Source: Candidatus Latescibacterota bacterium (GTDB lineage: Bacteria; Latescibacterota; UBA2968; UBA8231). Taken from it: a stretch of DNA of 64,000 nt. A program made the position numbers and the translations under genes. Positions 58,122 through 64,000 of this stretch are shown here, piece after piece; position 1 is the stretch's first letter, and every line of letters begins with the position of its first letter. The notes beneath the pieces were generated by a model, which worked only from the letters and a program-made list of their open reading frames with translations, did not search any database and was not told the DNA's origin. The stretch covers positions 1,856,001 to 1,920,000 of the forward strand of contig OZ241362.1 of NCBI GenBank assembly GCA_965200315.1. Reading direction: 5' to 3'.

Positions 58122-60911
58122 TCACCGCAGTAGAGTGAGCTTGCGCGTTAGAACGCCTTCGGGGGTTACTAGTCGATACAGATAGACGCCGCTGGCCAGC
58201 GGGCGGCCCTCGCGGTCTCGACCCTCCCAATGGAAGCGGTAGTGGCCGGCCTGCTGCGGCCCTTGGTTCAAGACCGCTACCCGCTGCCCGGTCAACGAGA
58301 ATACTTCTAGACGCACTGCCCCCGGTTCTAACAAAAAATACGGAATGACAGTCTGGCTGTTGAACGGATTAGGCGCGTTCTGCTGTAACTGCGGCCCCTC
58401 GGCCATCGCCACCAATTTGGCACTCGCTGGCTCGACCTCAAAACGGACGATCTCGGTAAAATCCGCCAGTAGCTTATTTTGCGCCTTGTCCCACACCGTC
58501 ATTTCAGCAAGTCCCCATGTGCCGGGGATACTACCAACCGGCAAGATAATAGTTTGCTGGTAGGTCTGATAAATCGTCGGATCCCCGGAGAAATAGACAA
58601 AATGGACTTTGTCAAAGGAAGGACTATGATGTCTAAAAAAATGCTCTACGCCTTGGGGATCGCGTAAAAGCATATCCGTCGAGCTATATCCGCTGATATT
58701 ATCTTTGACTCTAAAGGTAATATCGACCCGTGTTTCGCCGTTTGGTGCGGCAGGATGGGTCGGCTCGGCCTCAATTGTAATTCGATTTATATCTAATACA
58801 GGCGGGGTAGTATCTGGATTTTTTGTTTGGATGTTAATAGAGGCCGGTGCCTCATCAATCCCCGGGTCGATGAAATATATACTCCGAAAGTTTAACGCAA
58901 TATCCTCCATAATAATATGGTTGAGTTTATAGATACCACTTGGAAAGTAATCCGGGATCACGAGTGCAACACTCGCTTCGCCGGTTTCTGGATCATAACC
59001 GGTTTCTGGATACCAATCTCCCCAAGCTTCTACGCGACGAGAATAGGTTTCTAAATCCCCATCGTTTAGCATTGCCAAGACCCTGTTTACACCATTCTCT
59101 TCAAGAAGCTGCCAACGAGCGGTCACAATTTGATATGGCCGTCCTCTTTCGGCGGCCTCTGACAAAGAGAGCCGCATCGAATTTTTGACATAAACCGGCG
59201 CTTCATCATCGGCGAGCGGATTATTGACATACAGCTTCCAACCAAAATCCGTTTGGGCTTCGTGCCGCTCATTGCCCTGAGCATCCCGAAGGGTAATTTG
59301 GTCGGGGCCCCAATAGCCATTTGCCGCATGTTTGGAAAGGGTATAATGCCCGCGCAAAATGTGCCCCGCATTAATACGCCTGCCATTGGAATCAATCGGG
59401 GCAAGCCAGACATCAAAGAAAGAACCATCCTTACTAAAAATTCGGAACCAAGACGCTTGCGCCGTGTCGAAGTCGCTTTCCCGGTGGAGTTCAAGCTCTA
59501 TCGTTAGCTCTTTGTCCTCCTTAGGCTCGCCCTCAACCTGTATGTCCACCCGAATGATCCGCCCCGGATACACCACATCGGGATACAGATTGTACACCTC
59601 AAACGTCAAGTCCGACCGGATCTGCGAGATATAGCGCGTACCGTGCATGATCCGGTTTTGGATAAACTCGTACTTTGCCGGCGAGCGCGAGCGCAGCTTG
59701 TCCGGGTTGACGATGTAGGACGCAATGCTCTCGGCCATATCCTCATTCGGGTTGTGCGCGCGGGCATAGGCCGAGACAAACTCGGTCTGCTTGGTGGTTG
59801 CCCAGTCGTCGGCCTCGTCTGGGACCGCATAGCCCGAAGAAAGTTCAACACAGTCCTGCTTAAACAGGGCAAACAGGACAAATAGCGAATCCTTCGCTTC
59901 TTCGCAGGCCGACGAGGCGTCTGCTTCAGCGTCTTGCGGGGCTCCCTCGGAGATTCTATACCAGCCGCCCAACTCGATCCAATCCTCTCTAAGTTGTTCA
60001 TCAAACAGGTGCTCCCACAAAAAGTGCGCCTTCTCATGCAGAATCAGGCGGTGGATGAACGCCGAACCCGCTTCCTTGAACGCCGCCTCCATAAACTCGA
60101 TGTAGCCCGACTGCGTCCACGCCACAGCCCCAGCGGCTGGATAAAGCGGATGCGGTGTGCCATCCAAACGACGCACCAGATAGTTCAAACCCGGCGTATG
60201 CCGCATGCCTTGTGGAAACTCCTCCAGCATCGACGCCAGTGCCATCAGCTCTTCGTTTTTGAAGGGCATAAACCGGCCCGCATCTTCCCCAGTCGTGTAT
60301 CGGGTCAACGTGCGATAGTCGGGAACATTTAGACTGACGGCGTAGCGTTCTTGCAAGATACGTTCAAGCGCGTCTCTATTCGCGCCATGATTCGTTACAA
60401 AACGAACTACAGCCCGATGAAGTCTTTTAGAGAAAAACCGGCCGCGCACACCCTCAATTTCGGCCAAAAGGGGTTCGGAGTATGTAAAAGCCTCCTGAGC
60501 AAGCGTGACGATGCGCTGGCCGTCTCGAATTTCCACCGCAATGTCATTTTGTATGTGGCGGTCACTCAACATCCACACCGAGGATGGCACAGTAGGCTCC
60601 TCGTCGTATGGATAATTCATCGCTTGCGGTATGGACTCAAACGTGCGCAGCAAACTATAGGCGTGATTGGCATTCCATTCAGTGCCAAGATGCACCGAAT
60701 ACTTCTCCCGCAATTGCAACGAAGCACTATGCGAGGCTACCTCGAACACCTCATCTAACAAGACCACTTGTACTGGTTCAATCAGACTGGCACTTTCAGC
60801 ACCCTGGGGTGTTTCGTCTATCTCCCAACGGTAGGTATAGGCCTCGCCTTGAGAAGCAATCCCTAAAAAAAGGATGACTGAAATCAGGGTAAAACGGGTA
60901 ATCTGCATCAT
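58122..60911 (-). CDS. Secreted putative zinc metallopeptidase with a C-terminal FlgD/T9SS-sorting-like domain
   Basis: Signal peptide, ILHEKAH...NPNEDMAES, C-terminal QNAPNPFNSQTVI...W.GRD..GRPLASGVYLYRL. Confidence 0.75.
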   Translation of the reverse strand: MMQITRFTLISVILFLGIASQGEAYTYRWEIDETPQGAESASLIEPVQVVLLDEVFEVASHSASLQLREKYSVHLGTEWNANHAYSLLRTFESIPQAMNYPYDEEPTVPSSVWMLSDRHIQNDIAVEIRDGQRIVTLAQEAFTYSEPLLAEIEGVRGRFFSKRLHRAVVRFVTNHGANRDALERILQERYAVSLNVPDYRTLTRYTTGEDAGRFMPFKNEELMALASMLEEFPQGMRHTPGLNYLVRRLDGTPHPLYPAAGAVAWTQSGYIEFMEAAFKEAGSAFIHRLILHEKAHFLWEHLFDEQLREDWIELGGWYRISEGAPQDAEADASSACEEAKDSLFVLFALFKQDCVELSSGYAVPDEADDWATTKQTEFVSAYARAHNPNEDMAESIASYIVNPDKLRSRSPAKYEFIQNRIMHGTRYISQIRSDLTFEVYNLYPDVVYPGRIIRVDIQVEGEPKEDKELTIELELHRESDFDTAQASWFRIFSKDGSFFDVWLAPIDSNGRRINAGHILRGHYTLSKHAANGYWGPDQITLRDAQGNERHEAQTDFGWKLYVNNPLADDEAPVYVKNSMRLSLSEAAERGRPYQIVTARWQLLEENGVNRVLAMLNDGDLETYSRRVEAWGDWYPETGYDPETGEASVALVIPDYFPSGIYKLNHIIMEDIALNFRSIYFIDPGIDEAPASINIQTKNPDTTPPVLDINRITIEAEPTHPAAPNGETRVDITFRVKDNISGYSSTDMLLRDPQGVEHFFRHHSPSFDKVHFVYFSGDPTIYQTYQQTIILPVGSIPGTWGLAEMTVWDKAQNKLLADFTEIVRFEVEPASAKLVAMAEGPQLQQNAPNPFNSQTVIPYFLLEPGAVRLEVFSLTGQRVAVLNQGPQQAGHYRFHWEGRDREGRPLASGVYLYRLVTPEGVLTRKLTLLR

Positions 60912-61031
60912 TTCCGAAATCTCCTAACTTAATGTGCTACACGATCAATGGCATCTAGTTGAACCGTTATTAGCGTTCCTGCAAATCTTCTGATTATTCA
61001 CACGTCTTGTAAAAACGCACCAGTAGCGGCC

Positions 61032-62468
61032 TCATCCCCACAGCTTGGGCAACTGCTCCCGCAGCGTGACAAACGAGAAATAGCCAAAGAAGGCACAGGC
61101 CCACAGCAAGGCCACAAAGCGCACCGGGTGCATGGCCAACGCCCCTTTGAGCACGCGATTGTTCTGCCACAAGAGCAATACCGAATACAGCAGCATGACT
61201 CCCGCGTTGAGCGAGGCACTCAAAACCAGCAACTGCACCGGCTTGTTGTAGTCCGAGAGCATAATCATCACGCCGAAGAGAATCTGCGCCCACAGCAGGA
61301 TGAAGTAGAGCCGGTTCCGCGTCCACTTGGCGTGTGTGCGCAGCCAGTTGGTCTTGATGATGTCCGTGGAGATGCGCGCGCAGGCGTCCAACAACCCCAG
61401 CTCGGTCGTCAGCAAAATGGCGATGCCCATCCAGTTGAACAGGTGTTTGAAAAAGCCGCCGTGCTCCTGCGCGATAAAGTCGCCCTCGATCCCGACAAAC
61501 CCCAAGCCCTGCTCCAACCCGGGGGCCTGTCTCGTAGTGGCATAGGAGATGAGCGACAACAGTATCAGCGACAGAACCGAGAGCGCGTAGAAGGTGATCA
61601 AATGTTCGCGATTGGCCGCCTGCCACCAGCCGCGCCAGCGCTGCATGTTCTCCGGCGTCTGCTCAAAGTGGTAGCCAATATCGCCGACGGCCTCTTCCAG
61701 CCCGGTCAGCGGACTGGTCAGCCGCCCCACGTACGCGCCCATGGCATAGCCTTTGTCGCGGACGAAATCGCTCTGCGCCAAGTTCATCGTCCCACCGGCA
61801 CCGGCAAAGGCCAAGGCACCCAAAAAGAGCGGTAGTTCCATCTCCTCCGGGATGTAGCCGATGTTGACGATGCCCTTGCACATATCCCACACGTGGCTAG
61901 GCTCTACTACCAAAAAGAAAATGACCAACAGCAGGACCAGCACCACTGCGATCAGCACCGTCTGGATGCGCTCCACAGTGCGGTACACCACCGGCCCCAA
62001 ACTCAGCGCCAACCCGACCACCAACAGACTCGCTATCGAATAGCCGACCCGCGTACCCTCGTCGCCGCCAAACTCCCACGTCAAGATGGTCGCCGCCCCA
62101 GACGCCCAGCCCGGCCACATCCACGGGACCACGTTGCACACCAGAAAAACCGCCGCCCAGCCCGACCATTGGCGGCAAAACCCAGTCACCGCGGTCTCGC
62201 CAGTAGCCAGAGTCCAGCGCTCGATTTCCATGTTGATGAAATACTGGGTCAGCACCCCCACCATGCAGGCCCAGAACACCGCGAAGCCGAACTTGTAGGT
62301 TATGTAGGGCCAGAGCACGAACTCGCCGCTGCCCAGCGAAAGCCCCAACAGCAGGATGCTCGGCCCGACCAGCTTGCGCCAGTGGGGCGGCTCGGGTAGA
62401 TCGCGGTACTGCCCTGCGGGCAGCCGATCACAGGGGATCACCCCATGCGGCACGGACTTAGGTGTCAT
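61032..62468 (-). CDS. Nramp-like (APC superfamily) membrane transporter
   Basis: GPSILLLGLSLGSGEFVLWP, EIERWTLATGE; about 11 TM segments; GGAGG RBS. Confidence 0.72.
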   Translation of the reverse strand: MTPKSVPHGVIPCDRLPAGQYRDLPEPPHWRKLVGPSILLLGLSLGSGEFVLWPYITYKFGFAVFWACMVGVLTQYFINMEIERWTLATGETAVTGFCRQWSGWAAVFLVCNVVPWMWPGWASGAATILTWEFGGDEGTRVGYSIASLLVVGLALSLGPVVYRTVERIQTVLIAVVLVLLLVIFFLVVEPSHVWDMCKGIVNIGYIPEEMELPLFLGALAFAGAGGTMNLAQSDFVRDKGYAMGAYVGRLTSPLTGLEEAVGDIGYHFEQTPENMQRWRGWWQAANREHLITFYALSVLSLILLSLISYATTRQAPGLEQGLGFVGIEGDFIAQEHGGFFKHLFNWMGIAILLTTELGLLDACARISTDIIKTNWLRTHAKWTRNRLYFILLWAQILFGVMIMLSDYNKPVQLLVLSASLNAGVMLLYSVLLLWQNNRVLKGALAMHPVRFVALLWACAFFGYFSFVTLREQLPKLWG

Positions 62469-62494
62469 ATCGTCCTCCTCTCCAAGTCTACGAG

Positions 62495-62535
62495 AAAAAA
62501 GCCCCCAAGGACCAGAGGCCCTGGAGGCTTTTTTT
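62495..62535. terminator. Probable bidirectional intrinsic terminator
   Basis: AAAAAA-gcccccaagg...cctggaggc-TTTTTTT. Confidence 0.6.
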
Positions 62536-62554
62536 AAGCAAACCCGCAACAGCC

Positions 62555-63577
62555 TCAGAAGCGGAACTGCAAGGAAAACTGATGCACACTATCGAGGATG
62601 CCAAACGAGGTGAAGGCGTAATCGACCGTGGCCATGCTCAAATCGAGGCCCAGCCCAGCCGTCAAGCCCTCTTCGCTGCGGCCAGCCGGGACGACCGCGC
62701 CGCTGACCTCATCGACTTTCTCGTCCTCTACGCCCTGATAGTTGTACTTGTAGCCAGAGCGGAGGCTGAGCATGTCGAAAAGCTCCACCTCGGCCGCCGC
62801 GTACACGAGCTGCTCGGCGTCTTGCGGCTTGGTGGCATCGGCCAGCAGAGTAACCTTCATGCCGCTGTCTGGAGCGTCGAGGATGGCGGCGGCCACGCCA
62901 ATGCTGAATATCAGCGGCAGCGGCGCACCGATGTCGTAGAACGTCAGATCGCTGCCCAGATTGTTGATCCGCGCACCGATGGTGTACGTGGAATTGACTC
63001 GGTAGAGCGCACCGAAATCAGCCGCATACGCGGTGGCACTGACGCCATCGATGGTCTGGTTCACGATCTTGCCAGTCACCCCTAAGTTGAGTCGGTTGGT
63101 GATGTTGCGCGCCCACGTCGCGCCCACGGCCAAATCTCGGTAGCTATACGTATCCGAGGTCTCGGTGTCGTTGGGATCGAACGTTCCCGCGTCGAGCACG
63201 AACTGCGGCACCACGTCGCGGTCGGCGGCAATGTCGCTCAGCCCGAGCGTCACTATGCCAATGCCCAAGGTGCCCATGTCGCCCATATCGCGCGCGAACC
63301 CAATGGCGTCGTGCGATAAATCCGCGATCCACGAGTTGTGCGACAGCAGCACTTGGCTTTCGCCGCCGCTCACAGCCGCGCCGGCTGGGTTCCAGAATAG
63401 CTGGTGGACATCGCCAGCCATGGTCGTATAGGCCGAACCGAGCGCGACCGGCCTCGCTCCCACGCCAACCTTGAGAAACGCGGCACCCGTCAGGCCAGAC
63501 TTGCGCACATCGGCGACCCCGGGTTGCGCCAACGAGAGGGCCAACCCTAGCACTGCAATGAGTTTTAACATTTTCAT
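62555..63577 (-). CDS. PorV/PorQ-family outer-membrane beta-barrel
   Basis: FLKVGVGARPVALGSAY...LFWNPAG; C-terminal DYAF...H.FSLQFRF. Confidence 0.8.
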   Translation of the reverse strand: MKMLKLIAVLGLALSLAQPGVADVRKSGLTGAAFLKVGVGARPVALGSAYTTMAGDVHQLFWNPAGAAVSGGESQVLLSHNSWIADLSHDAIGFARDMGDMGTLGIGIVTLGLSDIAADRDVVPQFVLDAGTFDPNDTETSDTYSYRDLAVGATWARNITNRLNLGVTGKIVNQTIDGVSATAYAADFGALYRVNSTYTIGARINNLGSDLTFYDIGAPLPLIFSIGVAAAILDAPDSGMKVTLLADATKPQDAEQLVYAAAEVELFDMLSLRSGYKYNYQGVEDEKVDEVSGAVVPAGRSEEGLTAGLGLDLSMATVDYAFTSFGILDSVHQFSLQFRF

Positions 63578-63599
63578 TTTCAAGTCTCTCCTGTTCGAT

Positions 63600-64000
63600 T
63601 CAGCGCAAAATGGCGAAGTGCCCGGTCTGCGCTCCACCTGGGTACTCGGCCACGTAAATGTACAGCCCGCTGGCTACCTCAATGCCGTCCTTGGAAAACA
63701 TGTCCCAAAACAACGTGCCGTCGAACGGGTTGGTACTGTCGAAGTTGAGCACGTCGATGACCTGCCCAGCCACGTCGAAGATGGTGAGCTTGGTGCCGGT
63801 CGGCAGGTTGATGAAGAGCATCTTGTGCTCGGTGCCCGTGTCGTGTAGCGCACCCTTCTTATAGGGGTTCGGCACCACGCGGATGGCGAGGTCGCCGCTT
63901 ACAAGCTCACCGGCATCGGCCAGCGGTGCCTTGAGAATAAACGGCGCGCCAATGTCCTTTTGGCTCTCCAAACTGCCGGGGAAAAACGAACTAGCGGTCG
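63600..64000 (-). CDS. C-terminal part of a secreted protein with a T9SS-type C-terminal domain (5' end outside the window)
   Basis: IRVVPNPY...FINLP...TIFDVAG...WD...G..VASGLYIY...GHFAILR. Confidence 0.75.
   Translation of the reverse strand, partial: TASSFFPGSLESQKDIGAPFILKAPLADAGELVSGDLAIRVVPNPYKKGALHDTGTEHKMLFINLPTGTKLTIFDVAGQVIDVLNFDSTNPFDGTLFWDMFSKDGIEVASGLYIYVAEYPGGAQTGHFAILR

Overview
GC-rich bacterial chromosome segment. PorV-like and FlgD/T9SS-CTD-like proteins plus DUF6785/OPT-like and ASPIC-UnbV genes suggest an FCB-superphylum organism such as Latescibacterota (inference). The backbone carries PBP1A, tRNA-Gly(GCC), a TolC-MlaC/DUF3047-MlaC-MMPL lipid-export-like operon, a divergent UvrA, M24 peptidase-queC, queF, accA, an aminotransferase, a disrupted argJ, and ilvC-leuA-leuC-leuD-leuB-cimA with a Leu/Ile/Val-rich leader peptide. 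Three lower-GC defence inserts interrupt it. (1) An HNH/Zn-finger nuclease convergent with a double-domain DNA methyltransferase, after queC. (2) A methyltransferase plus PD-(D/E)xK nuclease pair inside the leu operon. (3) The best candidate for a new system: a type IIG-like restriction-methylase fusion, a retron-Ec86/St85-effector-like nucleoside-deoxyribosyltransferase (NDT)-fold gene with no reverse transcriptase in the window, and a wHTH-SNF2 helicase; each of the three carries one single-base frameshift. Several short templated duplications occur at gene ends. All calls come from reading motifs by eye; no database searches were run.
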